Translations under genes and position numbers: made by a program | NCBI GenBank assembly: GCA_044341785.1 | Contig: JBIIRB010000003.1 | Location: 1-43,096 of the forward strand | Length of the DNA stretch: 43,096 nucleotides | Reading direction: 5' to 3' | Source: Bacilli bacterium | GTDB lineage: Bacteria; Bacillota_I; Bacilli_A; RFN20; CAG-826 | Notes under the pieces: model-generated | What the model was told of the DNA's origin: nothing | What the model saw: only the letters and a program-made list of their open reading frames with translations | Database searches by the model: none | Shown: positions 28,951 through 37,358 of the stretch, in pieces | How positions within the stretch are numbered: the stretch's first letter is position 1 | How the letters are laid out: each line of letters starts with the position of its first letter

Positions 28951-29401
28951 TCTAAGAATCCTTGTTTCATTCATGGACGATTCAATAAAGGAATGATGGA
29001 TAACACCATCATGAATATGCCCGTGATCAATATGCCCAATGACTTATCGGTGATTTCAGCAAGCAGGCCAAAGATGAGCATTCCTCATGGCAAACTTCCG
29101 TTGTTCATTAAACCAAATAATGAGAATACTCGCCCTAAATATTCGGGCTTTTTTTTCTTGAATAAGACCCATCATCAGAGGGTTGCTCGTGGCAATAAAA
29201 AAACCGACAAACCCCAAACGCCAGCAAAAGGAGCCATGTTCAAAGCATGAATGAAGATGGTTATAACCATATACGTCGTCATTAAACTGCTCAAGATTAA
29301 AAGCCTGACGTACCACATAATTACGTACATCACGAGTAATGAACCTAATCACGAGACGGTTTGACTAAAAAAATCGTGATGCGTGTTTGCTAATAGTTCA
29401 T
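28929..29401 (-). pseudogene. Decayed MFS transporter (MefA/DHA3-like) with a large internal deletion
   Basis: Minus-strand fragments MNY*QTRITIFL / SQTVS*LGSLLVMYVIMWYV and NPLMMGLIQEK / PEYLGRVFSLFGLMNNGSLP*GMLIFGLLAE; several stops and frameshifts. Confidence 0.75.
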
Positions 29402-29510
29402 AATAACGCATAATATCACAACCATACAAAAAATATCCTGATTAAAAATTAGGTCATTTTGATTGAGGTTCTAGCGCATTTAGGTTAAGTTAAATCTATT
29501 GAGGTAATGT

Positions 29511-30023
29511 ATGAAAACCATCGCAATTTTAGTGGCCGATTTTTATGATGATTTAGAACTTTATTATCCTTTCTATCGTTTGCAAGAAGAAGGTTGGAAT
29601 GTGCATCTCATTGGTGCCATCAAACAACAAGGGTATAAGAGTAAACACGGGATGATCGCGACGAGTGAATTTGCTGCTCATGAGGTTCAACCTTCATCCT
29701 ATGATGGCTTGATCATTCCTGGAGGTTTTTCGCCTGACTACATGAGACGTTCAAAAGAGATGGTGGCGTTTGCAAAAGGGTTTGCCCAACTCAAACGTCC
29801 TATCGCTGCGATTTGCCATGGTCCGTGGTTAATGGCCTCCGTGTGTGATTTAAAAGGACGAAAATTAACAAGCTTTTATTCGATTCAAGATGATCTAGTG
29901 CATGCTGGAGCTATCTATGTGGATGCGCCTGTGGTCATTGATGGCAATTACGTCACATCACGAACACCCAAAGACTTGCCAGTTTTCGTGAAAGCTTTTA
30001 TTGGTTTAGTCAAAGGTTCTTAA
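29511..30023 (+). CDS. PfpI/DJ-1 family protein (type 1 glutamine amidotransferase-like)
   Basis: DLELYYP, IPGG, AICHGP, VTSRTPKDLP. Confidence 0.92.
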   Translation: MKTIAILVADFYDDLELYYPFYRLQEEGWNVHLIGAIKQQGYKSKHGMIATSEFAAHEVQPSSYDGLIIPGGFSPDYMRRSKEMVAFAKGFAQLKRPIAAICHGPWLMASVCDLKGRKLTSFYSIQDDLVHAGAIYVDAPVVIDGNYVTSRTPKDLPVFVKAFIGLVKGS

Positions 30024-31378
30024 GCAAAAATAAATCGTTGATCGTCAATCATCCGTAACGGATAATTTTTTCCTAAATGGCATGCGTATAAATCTTGTTC
30101 AAGCGGATTCATTAACCAGGGTTGATAAATCAAAGGAACAGGTAGATGGTTTAATTCCGGACACCAGCGTTTGACATAATCCCCTTGGGGATCATATTTT
30201 TTAAACTGTAAGGTTACATTAAAGACACGATTTTCTCGTGGGTCTGCTCCGACACCGGCTAAATATTGCCAATTCCCTAGATTACTCGTTGCGTCATAAT
30301 CCAGTAAGGCGTTTCGAAAGTAAGCTTCACCCCACGCCCACGGCAAGCCTAGCCCATGCACGAAAAAAGAAGCAACATTCTGTCGTCCTCGATTCGACAT
30401 CCAACCCGTTTGTTTGAGTTCGCGCATCGCGGCGTCCACGAGGGGGAAACCCGTTTCTCCTTCGATCCATCGGTGCATCTTGTTGTCATTCCAATTCACG
30501 TTGATTGAAGTATTCATCGGCGTTGCATGCAGTAAAAAGTAAAAATAATCTCGCCATAAAAGTTCAAACCAAATCCAATATGTGGAATCATTGGCACCAT
30601 ATTTTTTTTCAGCATCTTTTAAGGCATGGTAAATCGTTCTTGCACTGACATTGCCCCAAGCTAAGTAAGGCGAAAATCGTGTTGAGTCTTGAAAGTGCAG
30701 CATCCCATTGCGTGTTTTTTTATACGTTAAAGCAAGTTTTCGAACATGAAAATAATCATGGATATGGTTTAAAGCGGCAGTTTCTCCCATCGGTTGAACG
30801 AGTGTTGTCCTGTCAGTGAGTAATGTATTCAAGCGTTCCCAATGAGGATCAAACTCAATCTTGCAAGGAAGCGGTTGCGGTTTTTCCAACGGTGAAGACA
30901 CACGAATGTTATTTTCGACTTGCATACGAAAGTTGGTGTACGTCGCAGGTAAGTTTGCCAGTTGAAAAGGTAAATCGGTTAACGCTAGAAGAGTTGGATG
31001 GTCAAACACATGCAGCATTAAATTCGGAAAATGATTGTTTAATGCATTGATAAACAACGGATTCCATCTTGATGAGCGATAAAAACTGATTGAGGTTAGT
31101 GCATATTGAAGTGCAAACTTGTTGATGACGTCAATCGCATGACCTTGCTCTAAGGTTAAAGCGATATTCAGCGTCTGAAGTTGCAGCGATAAATCTTGTA
31201 AACTTTCAAAAAGAGCTTGCCGCTTAAACGATGCGGATTGGCGGTTAAGATGCTCTTCAGGAATGACATAAAGCGCTAACACAGCACTTTCGTGTTCTTG
31301 AGGAACAGCCCACCCCATATGGTCTAAGATTCGAAAATCTTTATCCAATAAAACGATGCGTAAACGGGGTTTATCCAT
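30020..31378 (-). CDS. CRY-DASH-like cryptochrome/photolyase
   Basis: YKKTRNG, STRFSPYLAWG, FELLWRDYF, TGWMSNRGRQNVASF, DYDATSNLGNWQYLAGVGADPRENRVFN. Confidence 0.85.
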   Translation of the reverse strand: MDKPRLRIVLLDKDFRILDHMGWAVPQEHESAVLALYVIPEEHLNRQSASFKRQALFESLQDLSLQLQTLNIALTLEQGHAIDVINKFALQYALTSISFYRSSRWNPLFINALNNHFPNLMLHVFDHPTLLALTDLPFQLANLPATYTNFRMQVENNIRVSSPLEKPQPLPCKIEFDPHWERLNTLLTDRTTLVQPMGETAALNHIHDYFHVRKLALTYKKTRNGMLHFQDSTRFSPYLAWGNVSARTIYHALKDAEKKYGANDSTYWIWFELLWRDYFYFLLHATPMNTSINVNWNDNKMHRWIEGETGFPLVDAAMRELKQTGWMSNRGRQNVASFFVHGLGLPWAWGEAYFRNALLDYDATSNLGNWQYLAGVGADPRENRVFNVTLQFKKYDPQGDYVKRWCPELNHLPVPLIYQPWLMNPLEQDLYACHLGKNYPLRMIDDQRFIFA

Positions 31379-32849
31379 GGCGTTTTATCATCACTTTCGC
31401 TTCTTCGCGGATACGGTTTTGATCAGACTTTTTCATTTTTTCCCAAAGTCGCACCATCATCCCCATGCGCGGATTTTGTTTTAATGGGGTTTGATGACGT
31501 GATATAAAATCCCAATATAAAATGTTAAACGGACAAGCTTTTTCACCTTGTTTGATTTCGACTTTGAATGTGCATGTGTCACAATAATTAGACATTTTAT
31601 GGATATAAGCGCCGGAAGCAATATACGGTTTGGTTGACATGGTTCCACCATCCGCGTAGAGTCCCATGCCCATGACATTTGGTGCGACAATCCATTCCAT
31701 GGAATCGATGTACATTTCATTGAACCAACGTTGCAAGGCAGCGGGTTCAACGCCAAGTAAATTAGCCGCATTGCTAAGCACCATTAATCGTTGGATGTGA
31801 TGATTATAACCGTATTGAATGGTTTCATGGATGGTGACTCGTAAACAATTGAGGTCGGTTTTACCATCGTAATAAAAGGAAGGTAATGGATGGTGATGTT
31901 GAAAATAATTGTTTTTTAAATAATCCTTTGACGACTGTAAATAAACACCACGAACATACTCGCGCCAGCCTAAGATTTGCCGGATGAAACCTTCCACAGC
32001 AGGTAACGGGAGTTGTTTTTGATGGTAAGCTTTTTCGGCTTTTTGAATCACTTCTAAAGGAGTCAACAACCCTAGATTGATAGAAGAAGAAAGCATGGAA
32101 TGGGACATCCAAGGTAAGCCGTCATGCATGGCATCCTGATACCGTCCAAAGGTCGCTAACCGATAATCGACAAAATGCTCAAGGGCTTCAATTGCTTGTT
32201 TTCTTGTCACCGGATAAGGCATGGTTTCCAGTAATCCTGGATGGTGAGGAAAACGATGTTTGACTTCTGCGATGATTGTTTGGGTGAGTTGATCTTCTTG
32301 AAACGTTAAGGCTGGAAAAATTTCTGGCTTTTCATCAATCCCTTGACGATTGTCACCATCGTAAGAATACTGACCTCCGATGGGTTTGTCACCGTCCATG
32401 AGAATATGAAATTTTTTTCTGAATTGACGATACAAGGGATCTAATTTCCATGTTTTGCCAATAGGCAATAACGTTTTCCAATTAGCAGGATTGATTAAAA
32501 ATAAAGGATCGTCCAATAAGGTGACGTTCTGAATCTCATCGATCCAGTCTTGTTCATAACGATTCGTGGGTTTAAAGATGATGATCTGATCATTAGAAAA
32601 TGTGGTGAAAGCTTCTTGAAGGGAATGAGCTTGAATCCATTGGGTTTGGTAACCTTGACGCTTGATATGGTCATGAAAATGGCGATAAGCAGATAAATGG
32701 AGTGCGATACGTTGCAGATGAAACCGATAGTACGTCCACTGATCATCCGAATCAATGAATAAAACAATATCGTGCTGACGATCGATACCACTTTGTTTTA
32801 AATAAAGATCATGAAGTTGATGTGAAAATAAAAAAAGGATTTTACGCAT
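31371..32849 (-). CDS. FeS-BCP cryptochrome / bacterial (6-4) photolyase
   Basis: FGRYQDAM, EGFIRQILGWREYV, HHIQRLMV, KPYIASGAYI; four Cys in LNCL, YCDTC and ACPF. Confidence 0.9.
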   Translation of the reverse strand: MRKILFLFSHQLHDLYLKQSGIDRQHDIVLFIDSDDQWTYYRFHLQRIALHLSAYRHFHDHIKRQGYQTQWIQAHSLQEAFTTFSNDQIIIFKPTNRYEQDWIDEIQNVTLLDDPLFLINPANWKTLLPIGKTWKLDPLYRQFRKKFHILMDGDKPIGGQYSYDGDNRQGIDEKPEIFPALTFQEDQLTQTIIAEVKHRFPHHPGLLETMPYPVTRKQAIEALEHFVDYRLATFGRYQDAMHDGLPWMSHSMLSSSINLGLLTPLEVIQKAEKAYHQKQLPLPAVEGFIRQILGWREYVRGVYLQSSKDYLKNNYFQHHHPLPSFYYDGKTDLNCLRVTIHETIQYGYNHHIQRLMVLSNAANLLGVEPAALQRWFNEMYIDSMEWIVAPNVMGMGLYADGGTMSTKPYIASGAYIHKMSNYCDTCTFKVEIKQGEKACPFNILYWDFISRHQTPLKQNPRMGMMVRLWEKMKKSDQNRIREEAKVMIKRHG

Positions 32850-32931
32850 AGTTCTATTTTACTTGATAACTCTTAAAAAAAACTTAATCGTGATTTAACC
32901 TTTTTTCTTTGTGAAGATTTATAATTATTTT

Positions 32932-33981
32932 ATGACGGATGTTCAATCAGATTGTATTCATCTCGCATCGTTAGGATTAGGAAAAGTTTTTGATCGTCCT
33001 TTGGTTGGCGTGATTGCCAAGGGCAAAGAAAACAAGTCATGGTATGAAGGGGATACCCTTTCTTTTTCATTATGGATTCAAACTTTACCAACATCATTGG
33101 ACTCGTTATTTTTCTCCTATGAAATTGATTTAGCTTTACTACAAAAAACGTCTTTTGCTTCATCCGTATCGTTTACTTTTTATTCGCCCCATGCAACAGT
33201 TCCTGGCCAGACGGTTGCGTGGTTAAAACGCCAAGGCCATCACGTTACTTTAATTGAAAATCCATTAGCGATCGAACTTAATCATGTGGTGTATGCTACA
33301 CAAAGGAACGATATTCCATTTATTGCTCAAAGTTTTGGTATGTCACTCGATGGTAAAATTGCAACGTATACGGGAGATTCAAAATATATTTCTGGTCCGG
33401 AAGTGTTACAAGCAATTCATCGGTTACGGCATCGATATCAAGCCATCATGGTCGGCATATCTACCGTGTTACTCGATCATCCCAAATTAACCACGCGCCT
33501 TCGTGACATACAAGGGCATTCACCGATTCGAATTATCTTGGATACGCATCTGCGCATCGCTTTAGACGAACCCCTTTTGTCCATCCAAGAAGGAGCCACT
33601 TGGATCGTCACGTCCATCGATGTGAATGAAAGCAAAATGCATGCAATCAAAAGTAAAGGTGCTAAAATTATACAAGTTCCGTTAAAAGGCGATCATCTTG
33701 ATCTAGCGCTCGTTTTAAAAACCATCAAACTTCATGGGATTCATTCAGTCCTCGTGGAAGGTGGAGCAACGTTGCATGGTTCATTTCTCGATCAAGGATT
33801 CTCGCATCGCGTGTATGCTTCGATCTCTCCACTATTCATTGGAGGCAAAGAAGCCAAATCCCCAATCGCCGGTCAAGGATTTAAAACTCTTAGCGAAAGT
33901 TTAAAACTTGCCTTTATCAATATCGAAACGTTCGGTGAAGATATCTTACTCACCGCAACGATCAAAGGAAAGAAAACATGA
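32932..33981 (+). CDS. ribD: RibD-derived protein: degenerate deaminase domain plus intact pyrimidine reductase domain
   Basis: SLDGKIAT, HRLR...IMVGISTVLLDHPKLTTR, VEGG present; HAE and PC...C Zn motifs absent; ATG 32932 preferred over GTG 32911. Confidence 0.85.
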   Translation: MTDVQSDCIHLASLGLGKVFDRPLVGVIAKGKENKSWYEGDTLSFSLWIQTLPTSLDSLFFSYEIDLALLQKTSFASSVSFTFYSPHATVPGQTVAWLKRQGHHVTLIENPLAIELNHVVYATQRNDIPFIAQSFGMSLDGKIATYTGDSKYISGPEVLQAIHRLRHRYQAIMVGISTVLLDHPKLTTRLRDIQGHSPIRIILDTHLRIALDEPLLSIQEGATWIVTSIDVNESKMHAIKSKGAKIIQVPLKGDHLDLALVLKTIKLHGIHSVLVEGGATLHGSFLDQGFSHRVYASISPLFIGGKEAKSPIAGQGFKTLSESLKLAFINIETFGEDILLTATIKGKKT

Positions 33982-35198
33982 TTAACAAACTAACCATTGA
34001 ACAGACGTTAGGCAAGCTCAAAAAAGGCGAAGCGGTGATTCTTGTCGATGATGAAAAACATGATGCTCATGTTCATGTTTTTCAAATCGCACAATATGCT
34101 TTTGAGCATCAAACGCTAGCCACGCTTCACGATATTCCTGGTGCAACCACCCTTGTCTTAGGTTATGAAAAATTTGGTGTGATCACCCATTCACAAAAAA
34201 ACGCTGCTTTTGAATACGATGAACCGGTGGCAACGATTGGTTCACTCAACGCGGGATTATCGTTAACGCTTCCCTTTTTTACGAAGACGATTGAAACGTT
34301 AATTAATCCGAAAGCAGATGATCGCCACTTTCGAACCGATGTAGGATATCAAACCCTTCCTGTTCGCCTTGGTGGAGCATTAAAACGTGCTGCTGCGGCT
34401 GAAGCGACCATGGATATTGCGACCATTTTAAAAGCCGAACCTGTGGCCATCATGGTGCCAAAGTTAGATCCCAAAGGTCGAATCTTGATGTTTAAAAATC
34501 TTTTAGAGGATAAGCAAACCTATGACATTTTTAGTATTTCGGATTTGATTGCCTATCGCTTGAAGTTTGAAGTTCACATCGAAAAAATTGCTGAAGCGAA
34601 AATGCCAACGAAGTTTGGCGAATTTAAAATGATTGGTTTTGTGAATAAACTCAATGGCGAACATCACGTTGCCTTAGTCAAAGGTAACGTGTCCACCCAA
34701 GAACCCGTCCTCTTACGCGTTCACTCGGAATGTTTAACGGGTGATTCGTTTGGTTCGCTGCGATGCGATTGCGGTAATCAATTACATACCGCCTTGAAAC
34801 GGATTGAAAAACAAGGCCGAGGCATCCTGCTTTATATGCGACAAGAAGGTCGCGGTATTGGTTTGATTAATAAAATTCGTGCTTATGCGCTTCAAGATAA
34901 AGGGATGGACACGGTGGAAGCCAATCTCGCATTAGGTTTCCCTGATGATTTGCGCGATTATGGGACCGGGGCTCAAATTCTTCAATCACTCGGTGTGACC
35001 AAACTTGAAGTGATGACGAATAATCCTTTAAAAATTCGCGGTTTAAGCGGCTTTGGTATTGAGATTGTGAAGCGACAACCGATCCAACCTAATCATAACG
35101 AACGTAGTGATCGTTACATGCAAGTGAAAAAAGATAAAATGGGTCATATCCTCAATTTAAAAAAGAATCCTAAACCTAAATCAAAATCTAAAGCCTAA
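33978..35198 (+). CDS. ribBA: RibBA-derived protein: degenerate DHBP synthase domain plus intact GTP cyclohydrolase II
   Basis: RVHSECLTGD...RCDCG, QEGRGIGL, RDY, TNNP intact; RibB catalytic motifs replaced. Confidence 0.9.
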   Translation: MINKLTIEQTLGKLKKGEAVILVDDEKHDAHVHVFQIAQYAFEHQTLATLHDIPGATTLVLGYEKFGVITHSQKNAAFEYDEPVATIGSLNAGLSLTLPFFTKTIETLINPKADDRHFRTDVGYQTLPVRLGGALKRAAAAEATMDIATILKAEPVAIMVPKLDPKGRILMFKNLLEDKQTYDIFSISDLIAYRLKFEVHIEKIAEAKMPTKFGEFKMIGFVNKLNGEHHVALVKGNVSTQEPVLLRVHSECLTGDSFGSLRCDCGNQLHTALKRIEKQGRGILLYMRQEGRGIGLINKIRAYALQDKGMDTVEANLALGFPDDLRDYGTGAQILQSLGVTKLEVMTNNPLKIRGLSGFGIEIVKRQPIQPNHNERSDRYMQVKKDKMGHILNLKKNPKPKSKSKA

Positions 35199-35203
35199 CG
35201 CTC

Positions 35204-35947
35204 ATGAATAAAATTGATATCTTAGACTTATTTAAGATGCCCATCGCGCATCGTGGTTTTCATCACGACCGTATCGAAGAAAACACCTTGAAAGCCTTTC
35301 AATTGGCTATCGAAAAAGGGTATGGCATTGAACTGGATGTTCGCTTGACCGTGGATGGAAAAATCGTGGTTTATCATGATCACGATTTAAATCGTTTGAA
35401 CGGCAAGAATGTTTTGATTCATGAGCAAACGCTACAACAACTGCAATCGATTCCTTTTCTTGTTTCTCAACAAGTCATGCCATCTTTGGACGATGTTTTC
35501 CAATTGGTGCAAGGACGTGTGCCCTTATTAATTGAATTAAAATACGACGCTAGGTTCACCACACCCTTAGCCGATGCATTAATCAACGTTTTAAAAACGT
35601 ATCGCTATCCTAACACCATTGCCTTGCAATCGTTTAATGCTCATGCGGTGCGTTATCTTACTCAAAAACGCAAGGTGCCATTTCCGGTAGGTCAATTGGC
35701 GAGTCATCGCATTGGGCAGCCGCATTCGTTTTTGAATCAGTTATATACGAAACTTTGGATCCGTCATTGGTCAAAACCTGACTTTATCGCCTATGATATT
35801 GAAAGTTTGCCACTTCCTGCGTTAGTTCGCCTGCGTAAGCAGGGTTATCGCGTTTTAACTTGGACCGTCAATACTCAAGAAAAATTGCTCAAAAGTAAAC
35901 GCTATGCCGATCAAATTATCTTTGAAAAAATAGCGCTTTCATCTTAA
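35204..35947 (+). CDS. Glycerophosphodiester phosphodiesterase family protein
   Basis: IAHRG, ENT, IELDV, VYHD, IELK, SFN, WTVN. Confidence 0.9.
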   Translation: MNKIDILDLFKMPIAHRGFHHDRIEENTLKAFQLAIEKGYGIELDVRLTVDGKIVVYHDHDLNRLNGKNVLIHEQTLQQLQSIPFLVSQQVMPSLDDVFQLVQGRVPLLIELKYDARFTTPLADALINVLKTYRYPNTIALQSFNAHAVRYLTQKRKVPFPVGQLASHRIGQPHSFLNQLYTKLWIRHWSKPDFIAYDIESLPLPALVRLRKQGYRVLTWTVNTQEKLLKSKRYADQIIFEKIALSS

Positions 35948-36025
35948 GCGATTTATTTGGATTTCATCTATATTTTTGATTTTAATCGGTTTATACTTTT
36001 CTTGTACTTAAAGGAAGGGCTGTGC

Positions 36026-37348
36026 ATGAATATTTTTAGTAGCCTCGTGCCTGTTAAGTTAGATGGGCATAAAACCCTGACCTCCCATGACGCGGTTAAA
36101 GTTGTTTCTAACCATGCGATACAACAAGTTTTTATTTCCATTGTTGCCCCTAATGGAGTGGAAATTGAATTGTTTGTCAAAGAAGGCGATGCGGTTCAAG
36201 TAGGGACAATCTTGGGTCGAAGAAAAGATATGTATGTGCCTTTTTTCTCGTCCGTTTCAGGAAAAATTACCGCGAAGGTCAATCTTTATAATCCCGTGAT
36301 TGGTCGAGCGACGGCGCATTTACAAATTGATAATGATTTTTTAAACACCCCGGCCAAACCGTTAACGATTTATTCTTTTGAATCCTCAGCGGATGATTTA
36401 ATTCAAGGTATTAAAGAGGCTGGCATTACGGGTTTAGGTGGCGCAGGCTTTCCAACGTATATCAAATATGAAGGCGCAAAAGGAAAACCCGTTGATTTTG
36501 TCATCATCAATGGGGTGGAATGTGAACCGTATTTATCCACGGATTATCATGCCGCCCAAATGTATGCTCTCGACGTCATGCAAGGGGCTGAACTGCTACG
36601 ATTAGCGGCGCACGCTAAGTATGCTTTAATCGCCTTCAAGAACACCAAGATGGCTATTAAAGACGCCTTAACGCCATTTCTAGATCGCTTTCCCCACGTA
36701 AAAATCAAAACCGTTCCTGATGCGTATCCCATGGGTTGGGAAACCACGTTAGTCAAACAGTTAACGGGCCGTACTTTTCAAAAATTACCCATTGAAGCTA
36801 AATGCATTGTGAACAATATTACAACCACCATGCATGTGGCACGGGCGTTGCTGCAAGGCAAACCGATTCTTGAACGCATTGTGACGGTTTCTGGCGAAGG
36901 CATTAAACATCCTGCGAATGTGAAAGCACCGCTAGGAACGCTCATGTCTAAACTCGTTGAAGATCTCGGTGGCTATGGCCTTGATGAAGCAACCGCATTT
37001 TTAGGTGGTCCGATGAGTGCAAAAGCCATCGTGGATGATAAGTTTGCTTTGCAACCTCATTTTGGCGCTTACACCGTATTAGCCCCCCAAGAAAATAGTG
37101 AAGAACCTTGCTTACGATGTGGAGCATGTACGGCGGCGTGCCCAGCATTTTTACAACCGATTGAAATTAAAAATGCCTTAGACAGCGACAACACCGCACG
37201 CTTACTAAAACTCGATGCGATGAAATGTGTCGAGTGTGGGATTTGTTCCTATGTTTGTCCTTCAAAAATTGAAGTCACCGAAGCGGTTAGAAAATCAAAA
37301 GTCAAAGTGCGCATCGCGATGGCCAAAGCCGCGATGATCAAAAAGTGA
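36026..37348 (+). CDS. rnfC: Rnf complex subunit C
   Basis: GITGLGGAGFPT, NGVECEPYL, GGPM, CLRCGACTAACP and CVECGICSYVCP; ATG 36026 after AAGGAAGG, TATACT at 35992. Confidence 0.92.
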   Translation: MNIFSSLVPVKLDGHKTLTSHDAVKVVSNHAIQQVFISIVAPNGVEIELFVKEGDAVQVGTILGRRKDMYVPFFSSVSGKITAKVNLYNPVIGRATAHLQIDNDFLNTPAKPLTIYSFESSADDLIQGIKEAGITGLGGAGFPTYIKYEGAKGKPVDFVIINGVECEPYLSTDYHAAQMYALDVMQGAELLRLAAHAKYALIAFKNTKMAIKDALTPFLDRFPHVKIKTVPDAYPMGWETTLVKQLTGRTFQKLPIEAKCIVNNITTTMHVARALLQGKPILERIVTVSGEGIKHPANVKAPLGTLMSKLVEDLGGYGLDEATAFLGGPMSAKAIVDDKFALQPHFGAYTVLAPQENSEEPCLRCGACTAACPAFLQPIEIKNALDSDNTARLLKLDAMKCVECGICSYVCPSKIEVTEAVRKSKVKVRIAMAKAAMIKK

Positions 37349-37358
37349 GAACGCGCGG

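Noticed and set aside
28993-29352. ORF-track calls 28993..29250(+) and 29056..29352(-)
   Set aside because: Antisense shadow and out-of-frame pieces of the MFS pseudogene
28929-29401. In-frame TGA codons suggesting genetic code 4 or recoding
   Set aside because: Intact genes use TGG for Trp and TGA as stop (e.g. at 6588 and 37348); this segment also has a TAG stop and frameshifts
32850-32931. Possible FMN riboswitch upstream of ribD
   Set aside because: The spacer is only 82 bp, very AT-rich and lacks RFN conserved motifs
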